Assembly (NCBI GenBank): GCA_012513605.1
Contig: JAAZBV010000115.1
Location: forward strand, 15,227 to 79,226
DNA: 64,000 bases
Source: Desulfatiglans sp.
GTDB lineage: Bacteria > Desulfobacterota > DSM-4660 > Desulfatiglandales > HGW-15
Direction: 5' to 3'
Each line of letters begins with the position of its first letter. Position 1 is the first letter of the stretch. Position numbers and translations under genes: made by a program. Under the pieces are notes generated by a model, which was given only the letters and a program-made list of their open reading frames with translations, had not been told where the DNA came from and did no database searches. This document shows, piece by piece, positions 9,362 to 19,120 of the stretch.

Positions 9362-9703
9362 ATGGCAAAAAAACCGGAATACGGACTACTGATAGATTAT
9401 GAATACTGCACAGGGTGTTTTGCATGTCAGGTAGCATGCGCTCAGGAATATAAATGGCCGGCAGGCATGGGTGGCATCAGGGTTATTGAGATTGTGGAAA
9501 ATCTCCCCAATGACAAACACTATTTAAAATTCATGCCCATACCGACAGAGTTGTGCATCCTCTGCGCAGGGAGAACAAAGAAGGGGGAAAAGCCTGCATG
9601 CGTTCATCACTGTATGGCAGCATGCATGAAGTATGGAAAGATAGAGGAACTGGCAAAAGAGATTAACAAGCCCAGAATGGTATTGTGGGCGCCAAGGGGG
9701 TAA
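9362..9703 (+). CDS. Small 2x[4Fe-4S] ferredoxin-like subunit of the Mo/W enzyme
   Basis: 113 aa with CTGCFACQVAC and CILC...CVHHCMAAC. The start is 4 nt after the upstream stop. GGAGAGG RBS. Confidence 0.75.
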   Translation: MAKKPEYGLLIDYEYCTGCFACQVACAQEYKWPAGMGGIRVIEIVENLPNDKHYLKFMPIPTELCILCAGRTKKGEKPACVHHCMAACMKYGKIEELAKEINKPRMVLWAPRG

Positions 9704-9713
9704 AAAGACAGCT

Positions 9714-9741
9714 ATCAGCGATCAGCGGTCAGCATTCAGCA
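9714..9741 (+). repeat. 4 x heptamer tandem repeat (NTCAGCN) 11 nt after a stop codon
   Basis: ATCAGCG ATCAGCG GTCAGCA TTCAGCA. A reverse-complement copy of the same family lies at 19121-19148. Confidence 0.7.
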
Positions 9742-9794
9742 AACTCGTTATAAACAATTTGATTCTATAACATCAGGTTTTAGAATCAAATTTA

Positions 9795-10958
9795 TCAAGT
9801 TCTGCTATAGCGGTCAATGGCAGTCATTGCCTCAATCGCTTTTTCTATGTGTTCATCCGTATTAAACGGTCCCAGACTGAATCTTACTGTCCCCCTTGGA
9901 AATGTCCCGATACCCTCATGAACAAGGGGCGCGCAATGAAGCCCTGTACGGACCGCAATGTTATAATCCGCATCAAGGATAGAACCAGCATCACCGGGGT
10001 CCATCCCCTTAATATTGACTGAGATAAGGGCAACATGGTTTTCATTATTTGCTGCACAGTAGCACTCCACAGTTTCAAGGTTTGACAGGCCATCCCTTAA
10101 CTTTATGAAGAGCTCCATCTCTTTTTTGTGAATTGCCTCCATGCCTCTTTGTTCAATATATTTCAGACCTTCTGACAGACCAATAATACCGATCAGGTTT
10201 ATTGTGCCTGCCTCAAGCCTTTGCGGGTATGTCTCATTATGGATAGGGCTTTCAGAGTCTACCCCTGTGCCGCCAAAACGGGTGGGTTCAATGATAAGAT
10301 CAGGGGATACAGCAAGACCGCCAGTGCCTGTTGGCCCAAGCAGGGATTTATGCCCTGTAAATGCAACAGCGCTGATATTCCAATCCTGCATATTGATTGG
10401 TATTACCCCAGCGCTCTGTGCAGCATCAATTACAAAAGGTACACCTCTCTTTGCACAGATTTCACTGATCTCTTTAATTGGCTGGATAGTCCCAAGCACA
10501 TTAGATACATGGTTAATGAGTACAAGCCTGGTATTCTCTCTTATTGCCTTTGAGATATCATCCAGATCAATAAAACCCTTGGGATCAAAGCCGACCAGAT
10601 CATATGTAATAATGCCGTTTTTCTTCAGGTGATACAGGGGTCTTAATACAGAGTTATGTTCAAGCCTGGTTGATACTACATGATCGCCCGTTTTTAACAT
10701 TCCCTGTAAAACAATATTGATTGCATCTGTGGCGTTTGATGTAAAGATTACCCTTTTTGGATCAGGCGTATTAAACAGGCGGCCAAGCCTTGTCCTTACA
10801 TCGTAAACAATATCATCTGCCTCAAAGGCAAGGTCATAGCTGCCCCTGCCCGGAGAGACCCCTTTTTTTTTGTATAATTCTATCATGCGATCCAGTGCAC
10901 CCACTGGTTTCGGAAAGGTGGTGGCCGCATTATCAAGATAAACAATATCAGGATTCAT
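9795..10958 (-). CDS. Class V PLP-dependent cysteine desulfurase (NifS/CsdA/SufS-like)
   Basis: MNPDIVYLDNAATT..., PLP-Lys motif FTGHKSLLGPTGTGGL and active-site Cys loop RTGLHCAPL. I prefer ATG 10958 (1 nt after the upstream TAA) over TTG 11000. Confidence 0.85.
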   Translation of the reverse strand: MNPDIVYLDNAATTFPKPVGALDRMIELYKKKGVSPGRGSYDLAFEADDIVYDVRTRLGRLFNTPDPKRVIFTSNATDAINIVLQGMLKTGDHVVSTRLEHNSVLRPLYHLKKNGIITYDLVGFDPKGFIDLDDISKAIRENTRLVLINHVSNVLGTIQPIKEISEICAKRGVPFVIDAAQSAGVIPINMQDWNISAVAFTGHKSLLGPTGTGGLAVSPDLIIEPTRFGGTGVDSESPIHNETYPQRLEAGTINLIGIIGLSEGLKYIEQRGMEAIHKKEMELFIKLRDGLSNLETVECYCAANNENHVALISVNIKGMDPGDAGSILDADYNIAVRTGLHCAPLVHEGIGTFPRGTVRFSLGPFNTDEHIEKAIEAMTAIDRYSRT

Positions 10959-10959
10959 T

Positions 10960-11328
10960 TTAGTAACCGGCGCATGACTTGGGGTTGGGTAAACCTGCAA
11001 AGCGGCGGGCGCCTCGTTTTATGCCTCCGGGAAAGAGCCCCTCCATCTCCATAAAACTCATCCCCGTTGCGGCCTTTATATCACGATTCATTGGCGCCCT
11101 GCCGTTGTAAAAATAAAACTCTCTTAAAAACAGTATAATCTTCCACTGTACTTCAGTAAAACTATCCACTCCGTTTTCAGCCCCAAGTATCCCGGCTATC
11201 TCTTCTGTCCAGTCTTCAGGATGCCATATAAAACCCTCATTATCAAAGAGTATCTTTTTTCCGGCAATCTCCCTGTATACCCTGGAGAGATCGCCGGTTA
11301 GCGGTTTTGATCCTTCAAACTGGACCAT
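10960..11328 (-). CDS. TusE/DsrC-family sulfur-carrier-like protein (single C-terminal Cys)
   Basis: ILFDNEGFIWHPEDWTEEIA...FTEVQWKIILFLREFYFYNGRAPMNRDI...LFPGGIKRGARRFAGLPNPKSCAGY. This is the characteristic family pattern with the ..GLP.P..C tail. There is no second Cys 10 residues upstream, so it is TusE-like rather than DsrC proper. Confidence 0.8.
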   Translation of the reverse strand: MVQFEGSKPLTGDLSRVYREIAGKKILFDNEGFIWHPEDWTEEIAGILGAENGVDSFTEVQWKIILFLREFYFYNGRAPMNRDIKAATGMSFMEMEGLFPGGIKRGARRFAGLPNPKSCAGY

Positions 11329-11333
11329 TTTTC

Positions 11334-13988
11334 TTATTTACCTGCCAGGGCCTTTTTTACCTTATCCGGTGTTGCCGGAAGATGGGTTATCCAGACCCCG
11401 CATGCGTCATGAATGGCATTGATCACAGCCGGGGCTGTTGATACCATTGTCATTTCTCCAACACCAATTGAACCTAAAGCGCCCTTTTTACGGGGTGTTT
11501 CAAGTGGGGGTATTATCTCCATCTCAAATGATGTCTTAAATGTCGGGAACTTGAAGGTTACCCAGTCCTTTGTCTCACCATGGATATACTCTTCCCTTAA
11601 AGCATAGCCTACACCCTGATCCATACCGCCCTCAAGCTGTCCTTCCAGGTTGATTGGATGGATAACCGGGCCAGGGTCAACAGATGTGGTCATCCTGATT
11701 ACCTTCACTTCACCTGTCTCTGTATTGACCTCAACCTCTGCCATCTGGATATTGTGAACCTGTGTCTCATATGAGGCGCCCTGCCCTGTCTTGGGATCAA
11801 GTTCTGCAACACGGGTGGTCTTTTTACCAACATACCTGGTGGCCTTTCCCGCCTTCTTCAGACCTTCATATGTTTTGGTTTTAGCCTCTTTCATGGCGGT
11901 AAGCATCTCATTAATACCATTGATCATGGCTCCGCCAACCATGTAGGTGATACGGCTGCTTGCAGCAGGGCCTGTTTCAGAGGTATTTTCAGTTGTCCTT
12001 GTTACAAGCCTTACCTTATTGAGTGGCAGATCAAGAAGATGGGCTGCAAGCTGTGTAAACATGGAGTCGTTTCCTTCCCCGGGGTCAGCAGCGGCAGTGT
12101 ATATTGTTACGCCGTTATCCTCGTTCATCTCAACTACTGCAATGGCGTTGTCACTGGGCATACCGATACCAAAGGAATGGGCGCCAAGACCAACCCCGCG
12201 CCTGATCTTACCTGTCTTTGACTTTGCAGCCTCCTTCTTTGCCCTTTCATAGTGGGGTCTGATCATCTCACAGACCTGCGGGAATGTTGAGTCATCAATG
12301 AGCACCACGCCTGTTGAAAGGCTGTCACCCGGTTTGAGTGAGTTTTTGATCCTGAACTCAAGCGGGTCCATGCCTATCTTTTCCGCCAGCATATCCATGG
12401 CGCATTCAAGGGCAAAATTTACCTGGGGTGGCCCTGCGCCGCGCGCTGCCCCGCCTGCCGCATCGTTTGTGTAAACGAGTTTTGCCATTGCTTCAATATT
12501 GGGGATATTGTATGCCCCCGAAAACATTTCTATAGAGCGCCCGACAACAATTATGCCCAGTAGCATATATGCGCCGTTATTAATTATGAAGTCATTTGCA
12601 TATGCGGTGAGGTGGCCATCTTTATCAGCGGCAAGCTTTACCTTCATTTCAAATGGATGACGTTTGTTGCTCAGTAGCATGGATTCATGAATGCTCGGGA
12701 TATACCTTACAGGCCTCTTGAAATGCAATGCAGCAGCGCCTGATATGCCTTCAGTGGTGATGGATGCCTTGATCCCGAACTGACCGCCTGAATATGGCTC
12801 CTCATACCTCATGTTTTCATACCCCAGCCCCTCCTGGAGGGCCGCCATATGGGTATGGATCATGATGCTTCTGCCTGAAACAACAAGGATCGGGTCTTCA
12901 TCCCCCTCAAGCCATGCTACAGTTGTTTCCGGCTCAAGAGGTGCCTGATGATTCATCTGGGTTGAAAAATCACATTCAACCACTGCTTTCGCCTCTTTAA
13001 ATGCCTTTGCTGCATCGCCCCTTATCTGTGGTTGCTGATAAACAAGGTTAGGAAATTCATCATGCACCCTCACATCATCCCTTGCCATTGCCTCCTTAAC
13101 GGTCTTAAGCACAGGCAGTTTCTCATATACAACCTTTACTGCATCGGCTGCAGCGAGTGCCTGTTTCAGGGTCTCAGCCGCAACTATCACGATCGGGTCA
13201 CCAAGGGTCCTGACCTTTTTATCACAGAGGATCGGCTGGTCATTAAATATAAATCTCAATCTGTTGGTGCCCTTTATGTCTTTTGCGGTCATTGTGCCGA
13301 TAACCCCTGGCATCTTATCCGCAACAGAAGTATCAATGGATATTATCTTTGCGTGTTCTTCAATGCTTCTTACAACAGCAAGCTCAAGCGCCCCTTCAGG
13401 ATAGATGTCTGCGCCAAACTGTGCCACACCGCATGCCTTTATCATTGCTGATGGGCGCGGGTGAGATACACCCAGTTTGGGGCCATCAGGGTCGGGACGA
13501 ACCTGATCAGGCGTAAGCTCACCTTTAAGAAATTTGGCAGAGAGTTTTACCGCATCAAATATCTTCCTGTACCCTGTACAGCGACAGAGGTTTCTTGCAA
13601 GGGCCTTTTTTATATCATCATCAGTCGGGTCAGGGTTCTGATCAAGCAATACCTTTGTTGCCATGATCATTCCCGGTGTACAAAAACCGCATTGAATGGC
13701 GCCTGAAAGTACAAATGCCTCCTGGATAAGATGGGGATTGTCCGGGGTGCCCAGCCCTTCAATGGTAATTACATCAGCGTCCTGAAGATTGGCGACCTTT
13801 GTTATACAGGATTTCACAGCCTTTTTGTTGACTATTACCGTGCAGGCGCCGCACTGCACCTTCCTGTCACACGACTGCTTCGTACCGGTAAGATGCATGT
13901 CTTCACGAAGCAGATCAAGCAGCGTCTTATCAGGTTCAACAACAAACTGATACGGCCTCCCATTGATTTTTAATGATACTTTTTGCAT
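11334..13988 (-). CDS. Mop-type aldehyde oxidoreductase (xanthine-oxidase family; fused 2x[2Fe-2S] + Moco domains, no FAD domain), paralogue 1
   Basis: 884 aa. N-terminus GTKQSCDRKVQCGACTV...QCGFCTPGMIM...LCRCTGY carries both [2Fe-2S] motifs. Canonical C-terminal active-site loop GSIGVGEMTMVSTAPAVINAI. The overall layout matches my recollection of the Desulfovibrio gigas MOP sequence. Confidence 0.9.
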   Translation of the reverse strand: MQKVSLKINGRPYQFVVEPDKTLLDLLREDMHLTGTKQSCDRKVQCGACTVIVNKKAVKSCITKVANLQDADVITIEGLGTPDNPHLIQEAFVLSGAIQCGFCTPGMIMATKVLLDQNPDPTDDDIKKALARNLCRCTGYRKIFDAVKLSAKFLKGELTPDQVRPDPDGPKLGVSHPRPSAMIKACGVAQFGADIYPEGALELAVVRSIEEHAKIISIDTSVADKMPGVIGTMTAKDIKGTNRLRFIFNDQPILCDKKVRTLGDPIVIVAAETLKQALAAADAVKVVYEKLPVLKTVKEAMARDDVRVHDEFPNLVYQQPQIRGDAAKAFKEAKAVVECDFSTQMNHQAPLEPETTVAWLEGDEDPILVVSGRSIMIHTHMAALQEGLGYENMRYEEPYSGGQFGIKASITTEGISGAAALHFKRPVRYIPSIHESMLLSNKRHPFEMKVKLAADKDGHLTAYANDFIINNGAYMLLGIIVVGRSIEMFSGAYNIPNIEAMAKLVYTNDAAGGAARGAGPPQVNFALECAMDMLAEKIGMDPLEFRIKNSLKPGDSLSTGVVLIDDSTFPQVCEMIRPHYERAKKEAAKSKTGKIRRGVGLGAHSFGIGMPSDNAIAVVEMNEDNGVTIYTAAADPGEGNDSMFTQLAAHLLDLPLNKVRLVTRTTENTSETGPAASSRITYMVGGAMINGINEMLTAMKEAKTKTYEGLKKAGKATRYVGKKTTRVAELDPKTGQGASYETQVHNIQMAEVEVNTETGEVKVIRMTTSVDPGPVIHPINLEGQLEGGMDQGVGYALREEYIHGETKDWVTFKFPTFKTSFEMEIIPPLETPRKKGALGSIGVGEMTMVSTAPAVINAIHDACGVWITHLPATPDKVKKALAGK

Positions 13989-14079
13989 TAATTATCCTCC
14001 TTTTCGGTTAAAAAGATTTGCATATAGCTATCTAATAATCATAGATATTTCCCGATAACCAACTTCTTACTCTTATCCA

Positions 14080-14343
14080 TTATAACTTCAGATCATTCCG
14101 GCGTATTTCATGAGCCAGGATATTAATAGCCTTTTCGTATGATCTAATAACCAATGTCTCTGGAGAATTTTTGAGTACCTGTCTCGATATGGGGCATGTT
14201 GTGTTATGGAGAAAGTCAGTTAATATATCCCCTGCCATGTCATTCAGATATTCGACTGTTCTATAGCATCGGATCATTATCTCCTCTTCCTTTTCCCCAG
14301 ATAGGTCCAGTGCTTTTATGCCCTTCTTCTTAAACTCTTCCAT
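14080..14343 (-). CDS. Hypothetical 87-aa protein, first gene of the Mop-1 transcription unit
   Basis: GAGG RBS 7 nt upstream; 92 nt upstream of mop paralogue 1; sits directly behind the tandem operator. I recognise no family. Confidence 0.5.
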   Translation of the reverse strand: MEEFKKKGIKALDLSGEKEEEIMIRCYRTVEYLNDMAGDILTDFLHNTTCPISRQVLKNSPETLVIRSYEKAINILAHEIRRNDLKL

Positions 14344-14374
14344 TTTCGCCTCGTTTTAAATCCAATTAATAAAG

Positions 14375-14430
14375 CCATATATCAGTTTTAATACTTCCAT
14401 ATATCAGTTTCGATATATCAAATCAAAATA
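14375..14430. promoter_or_regulatory. Tandem operator module (two CCATATATCAGTTT units 22 bp apart, then ATATCAAATCAAAA)
   Basis: CCATATATCagttttAATACttCCATATATCagtttcGATATATCAAATCAAAATAAATAT. Nearly colinear with 24797-24852 upstream of mop paralogue 2. Confidence 0.6.
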
Positions 14431-14523
14431 AATATGTTTTTTTAAAAACCTGTAATAATTTGATGAAAATCAGGGACAGAGATGATACACATATGAGAAA
14501 TTGTCTTTAATCGAGGTTAACTC

Positions 14524-14922
14524 TTGGATAACAGTGAAAAAAATCAATCAGCAAGAAAAAAAATCACCCGTGAAGAGATGGATGAGATAGTGTCAAAGGC
14601 ACGCCGTGCTCAGGAAGACAAGATGAAGGGGTACCGTGAGAAATCATTATCTATCCATCCCTGGGTGTGCGCCCGCTGCGGAATGGAATTTACCCAGAAA
14701 AATCTTCATCTTTTGACAGTGCACCATAGAGATCATGATCATGATAATAATCCGCCTGATGGAAGCAACTGGGAAAACCTGTGCGTATACTGTCATGATA
14801 ATGAACACAGGAGATACACTGATCACCTTCAGGGTGAAATGCCTGATTCAGGGGCAGTAAAATCCGAAACTGTTACACATAAGCCCTTTGCAGCCCTTGC
14901 AGATCTGCTTAAAAAAAAATAA
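14524..14922 (+). CDS. yajD: YajD-family HNH nuclease
   Basis: GYREKSLSIHPWVCARCG...LTVHHRDHDHDNNPPDGSNWENLCVYCHDNEH closely parallels E. coli YajD as I remember it. The start is uncertain (TTG 14524 or ATG 14578). Confidence 0.8.
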   Translation: MDNSEKNQSARKKITREEMDEIVSKARRAQEDKMKGYREKSLSIHPWVCARCGMEFTQKNLHLLTVHHRDHDHDNNPPDGSNWENLCVYCHDNEHRRYTDHLQGEMPDSGAVKSETVTHKPFAALADLLKKK

Positions 14923-14949
14923 TAAGATAAAAGCTGTGCAGGAGATAAT

Positions 14950-16245
14950 GTGACTAATATAATTAACAACACTCATAGTGTCTGTCCGGTATGTCTAAAA
15001 AGAATCCCTGCAATAATAACAAAACATGGCAATGATTATTTCATGGAGAAATCCTGTGAGGATCATGGAGATTTTTCAGTTGTAATCTGGCGGGGAGACG
15101 ACATTCCGCTTACGAAATGGGGAAATTACAAGCCCCCGGAACATGAAAATAATCCTTCTGATTGTCCTGGATCATGCGGACTCTGTTCAGGGCATCTGCA
15201 AAAGACCTGCTGCGCACTGGTGGAGATCACTGATCGATGCAATCTAAACTGCCCCATATGTTTTGCTCAAAGCGGTGGTTTCTCCCATGACCCTGCTATT
15301 TCAGATATTTCGGATCAGTTTAAAGAGCTTGTAAAAAATGGGAACACCTTTGTGCAGATTTCCGGTGGTGAACCGACTGTGAGGGATGATCTGCCGGATA
15401 TTGTAGCAGCAGCAAGAGATGCAGGGTGTGAAAACATACAACTGAATTCAAACGGGATCAGGCTTGGCCAGGATAAGGGATTTACTAAGGCCCTTGCTAA
15501 GGCAGGCATTTCCTTTGTTTTTATGCAGTTTGACGGCACAGAAGAGGCCATTTATGAAAGGCTCAGGGGGAGGCCGCTTTTAGCCGAGAAACAAGCGGCA
15601 ATTGAGGCATGTTCCAATGAACTGATCGGCGTAACCCTTGTCCCTACACTGGTGCCAGGCATTAATGATCATAACATAGGAGAGATACTGAAATTTGGGT
15701 TTAACCATTCCCCTGCGGTGAGAGGGGTTCATTTTCAGCCTGTTAGTTATTTCGGTCGTTACCCCCTTCCTCCTGAAGATAAAGACAGGATCACCCTCCC
15801 TGAGGTTTTACACCTGATAGAGAAGCAGACAGAGGGAGTAGTAAATATCACGGATTTTCTTCCATCAGCATGCGATCATCCGAGATGCGGTTTTCATGGT
15901 GATTTTGTGGTTTTACCCGAAGGGCTGATGAAGCTTACGAAAAGGAGCAACAGTAATGCATGCTGCCCTTCTGACGGGACAGAGCATCTTAAAAACAGGA
16001 ATTTTGTCTCCAGAAGGTGGAAACGCACTGCCGCACAAAACATCGTGGACGAAAACGGGAACAATGGGAAAAGCGACTTTGATCTTTTTCTCAAACAGGT
16101 TGAGACCCATGGTTTTACTATTACTGCGATGGCATTTCAGGATGCCTATACCCTTGATATTGAGCGGTTACGCAGATGCAGCCTTCATGTTTATAAAGAT
16201 GGTAAGACCATTCCCTTTTGTGCTAGGTACCTGACAAAAGGATAA
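14950..16245 (+). CDS. Radical SAM enzyme with N-terminal Zn-ribbon (COG1964-like; MJ0619 / GDGT-MAS clade by recollection)
   Basis: GTG start with AGGAG RBS. Features: HSVCPVCLKRIPA...CEDHG; CPGSCGLCSGH; radical-SAM box DRCNLNCPICF; SGGEPT; C-terminal ITAMAFQDAYTLDIERLRRCSLHV...IPFCARY. Confidence 0.8.
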   Translation: MTNIINNTHSVCPVCLKRIPAIITKHGNDYFMEKSCEDHGDFSVVIWRGDDIPLTKWGNYKPPEHENNPSDCPGSCGLCSGHLQKTCCALVEITDRCNLNCPICFAQSGGFSHDPAISDISDQFKELVKNGNTFVQISGGEPTVRDDLPDIVAAARDAGCENIQLNSNGIRLGQDKGFTKALAKAGISFVFMQFDGTEEAIYERLRGRPLLAEKQAAIEACSNELIGVTLVPTLVPGINDHNIGEILKFGFNHSPAVRGVHFQPVSYFGRYPLPPEDKDRITLPEVLHLIEKQTEGVVNITDFLPSACDHPRCGFHGDFVVLPEGLMKLTKRSNSNACCPSDGTEHLKNRNFVSRRWKRTAAQNIVDENGNNGKSDFDLFLKQVETHGFTITAMAFQDAYTLDIERLRRCSLHVYKDGKTIPFCARYLTKG

Positions 16246-16249
16246 AGCT

Positions 16250-17068
16250 ATGGCTAAAGAGAATCATTCAAATGAAATCACCGCTCCTGAAGCTGATAAT
16301 CAATGTTGTCCTACAGAAACAGGCAGCATTATAGGCATATATAAATCAGGCTGCCTTGTTTGCGGTGCGCCCCTTATCTATTACTGGAAAAATAAAGAAA
16401 GCAGATGCTGTTTTTGTGGAGAAATTTTACAGGCTAATGCCGGGTGCCCTGTTGGTCATTTTGTATGCGATAAATGCCACAGCGCAGATGTAATAGAGAT
16501 CATTAAAAATGTCTGCCTGCAGAGCCGGGAGAGTAACATGGTAAAGCTTATGCAGGCCATACGATCGCACCCCCTGTTCAAGATGCACGGACCGGAACAC
16601 CATTCCATGGTACCGGCTGTTATACTCACCGCCCTTAAAAACAGAGGGGAACAGATTACAGATGATGATATAGTGACGGCAATTGAGAGAGGGAAGACGG
16701 TCTGCGGCGGGGCATGTGCAATTTTAGGCGCATGCGGCGCTGCAATTGGTGCAGGCATTGCAATATCAATAGTACTGAAAGCGAGCCCCAATGATGGAGG
16801 AAAAAGACAGGCTGTTCAGCAGGCCACACAGAGGGTGCTTGCAAGAATAGCATCATTTAAGGCTCCGCGTTGCTGCCAGAGAGACTCATGGCTGGCATTG
16901 AAGGAGGCTTCAGCTATCATAAATGAAATAACCGGAAAATCTTTACCGGTATATTCTTTTAAATGTGAACAGTTACAGGAAAACAGGGAATGCATCCATG
17001 AGCATTGTCCGCTGTGGCCCGGTATTCGTGACTCCCTTAAAGGCGGGAATCCAGAATTTTACGTTTAA
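16250..17068 (+). CDS. Cys-rich protein, C-GCAxxG-C-C-like (putative redox-active; DVU_1555-like by recollection)
   Basis: 272 aa. N-terminal Zn-ribbon-like Cys pairs (CLVCGAP...CCFCG...CDKCH), HGPEHH, CGGACAILGACGAAIGAGIA, then RCCQRD. The start is 5 nt after the radical SAM stop. Confidence 0.55.
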   Translation: MAKENHSNEITAPEADNQCCPTETGSIIGIYKSGCLVCGAPLIYYWKNKESRCCFCGEILQANAGCPVGHFVCDKCHSADVIEIIKNVCLQSRESNMVKLMQAIRSHPLFKMHGPEHHSMVPAVILTALKNRGEQITDDDIVTAIERGKTVCGGACAILGACGAAIGAGIAISIVLKASPNDGGKRQAVQQATQRVLARIASFKAPRCCQRDSWLALKEASAIINEITGKSLPVYSFKCEQLQENRECIHEHCPLWPGIRDSLKGGNPEFYV

Positions 17069-18341
17069 GTGTACCGGTTGTAAAATAATCGACATCACCT
17101 TCTTCAACATATAAAATCAGGCCCTCTTCCTTGAACAGAGAGGGTAGCTCCATTTTTATCCTGCGAATCAGAGCCTCCGGATCAGAAGGGCCGCTTGCCG
17201 GTTTAACAATAATTCGCAGACAGTCACGTCCATTCACAGTTTGAAGCTCTGCGCCATATGTCAGTATTGATGGTTCTTTGCACAATATTTCATCGAGCTG
17301 GGTAATAGAGAGGATGTTCCCGTCTGCGAGCATTAGAGGTTCTGCGAACCTGCCTGTGATGCGATCCAGACGCCTGAGTAGTGTGCCGCAGGGACACTTA
17401 TCAACTAGAAACCTTGCTCTGTCTCCTGTCCTGTATCTTATAAGCGGCATGCCCTGCCGCGTTAGCGTGGAAAACACCACCTCACCATATTCGCCCTCCT
17501 GTACCTGAAAAGCGCTTACAGGGTCTATTACCTCAAATAGGAGATCTGACTCACGCAGGTGATACCCCTCACCTGCATCACACGCCACACCTCCGCCAAG
17601 GCCCATTTCAGTCATACCATAATGCTCGTATAGGGTTGCTCCCCAGGCCTTTTTAATCACACTGGCAGCAGAGAGAGGGACATAGTCCGCGCTAAGCAGG
17701 ACGCTTTTAAGTGATATCCTGTAGTTACTGTTTTCACTCATACGGGCAATGGATAGAATCTGGGCGGGTATCCCTACCATGCAGGTGATTTTCTCCTTAA
17801 CGATCATGTCCAGTGCGTGTGTGTTATCTTTTATTGGGCCGTATACGATGCTTTTACAACCAAAACGGGCAAGGCCGCGTTTAAGCAGGTCGCCAACACT
17901 GCCTTCAGTCCCCCCAGGCATAAAGATCATGACAATATCGTGTTCATCGGTCATCGTCATCATGCCGTGATGAAAAAAATCCATGGTGACCTCCTGATCC
18001 TCATTTGTAAAAAAAACCCGTTTAGGCATCCCGGTTGTGCCTGATGTCCCCAATGTAACGATGCGTCCTACTTCCCTGGGAGACACACACAAAAAACCTT
18101 CTGGGTCTGATGCAATATCATCAGGTGTTGTCAATGGCAGACGGGTGATATCCGCCATATCACGGATATCAGAGGGATTAATTTCTGCCAGATGCTTCCT
18201 ATAAAAGCGGCTGTTCTTTTTTACATTAGTAAGGGTTTCACGTAATTTTTCAAGCTGGTATTCATGCAGCCTTTTCAGATCAAGTCGTCCGGGGATATTG
18301 ATTTTATTCGCTATCCATTTATCTAAAGGGGTCATATTCAT
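17037..18341 (-). CDS. Adenylate-forming ligase, phenylacetate-CoA ligase / F390-synthetase-like (PaaK family)
   Basis: AMP-binding motif TSGTTGMPKRVFFT, YGMTEMG, RYRTGD. I prefer ATG 18341 over TTG 18374. The 3' end overlaps the convergent gene by 32 nt. Confidence 0.8.
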   Translation of the reverse strand: MNMTPLDKWIANKINIPGRLDLKRLHEYQLEKLRETLTNVKKNSRFYRKHLAEINPSDIRDMADITRLPLTTPDDIASDPEGFLCVSPREVGRIVTLGTSGTTGMPKRVFFTNEDQEVTMDFFHHGMMTMTDEHDIVMIFMPGGTEGSVGDLLKRGLARFGCKSIVYGPIKDNTHALDMIVKEKITCMVGIPAQILSIARMSENSNYRISLKSVLLSADYVPLSAASVIKKAWGATLYEHYGMTEMGLGGGVACDAGEGYHLRESDLLFEVIDPVSAFQVQEGEYGEVVFSTLTRQGMPLIRYRTGDRARFLVDKCPCGTLLRRLDRITGRFAEPLMLADGNILSITQLDEILCKEPSILTYGAELQTVNGRDCLRIIVKPASGPSDPEALIRRIKMELPSLFKEEGLILYVEEGDVDYFTTGTLKRKILDSRL

Positions 18342-18351
18342 AGGTAGCAGA

Positions 18352-19056
18352 TTATCTCTCCACTTTCCTGGCAATAATCAGGCGATAACAGTGATCAGAG
18401 ATCTTGAATCCCCCTGCAAACCTGTTACAGATGAACCAGCTAGCATCACAGGCACCACCAAATTTCTCAGAGAGCTCTGCTGCATAGGTGATAAGCGCAG
18501 GGGTATGATCCTCGCTTACATCTATATTAAACCCTGCCTCAGCGAGCCTTGATTCAAGCCATGTGAAAAGGGGCAAAGAGGAATTTTGTGCCTCTTGCCT
18601 TGAAAAGATGTCAGATATAATAAGTTTTCCCTTGCTACTGAGCGCGCTATAACATTCATCAACCAATCTTTCGCTAAAGCCCATCACCGATAGCGAACAC
18701 TCAAATAAAGCGGCATCAAGGCTCTGCGACTCAAAAGGTAGCTTTTTCCCATCCCGATGAATGAGGTTAAGGCCAGGGTTTTTGCTGAGTCCGATACAGA
18801 TGAGCGGCCCGGAGATATCGAGCCCGGTCATTAAGAGTCCGTATTTCCAGGTAAGATAGGCCGCTGTGGTCCCTGCGCCGCAGCCTATATCAGCCACCTT
18901 CATCCCTTTATGAAGCCCGGCCAGCCTTATGGCCCTGTCAGTCAGCCTTAGCCCGCCGGGATGCATTGAGTGATCATTCAGAAGAGAGAATTCTTCGGAT
19001 TCGTAGATATTATTCATTTCCGTTTGGTGTGTGGACTGTCGGATTTTTATTTTCAT
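18352..19056 (-). CDS. Class I SAM-dependent methyltransferase with an extra C-terminal domain
   Basis: SAM motif I VADIGCGAGTTAAYL, then LDIS..., GKLIISD. The start is uncertain (ATG 19056 with a GGAAGA RBS, or TTG 19077). Confidence 0.75.
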   Translation of the reverse strand: MKIKIRQSTHQTEMNNIYESEEFSLLNDHSMHPGGLRLTDRAIRLAGLHKGMKVADIGCGAGTTAAYLTWKYGLLMTGLDISGPLICIGLSKNPGLNLIHRDGKKLPFESQSLDAALFECSLSVMGFSERLVDECYSALSSKGKLIISDIFSRQEAQNSSLPLFTWLESRLAEAGFNIDVSEDHTPALITYAAELSEKFGGACDASWFICNRFAGGFKISDHCYRLIIARKVER

Positions 19057-19120
19057 ACTGCTATTCTTCCGGAACAAAAGGGATGACCTTCTCTATTTAG
19101 TCTTTGATTAAAATGCCTTT

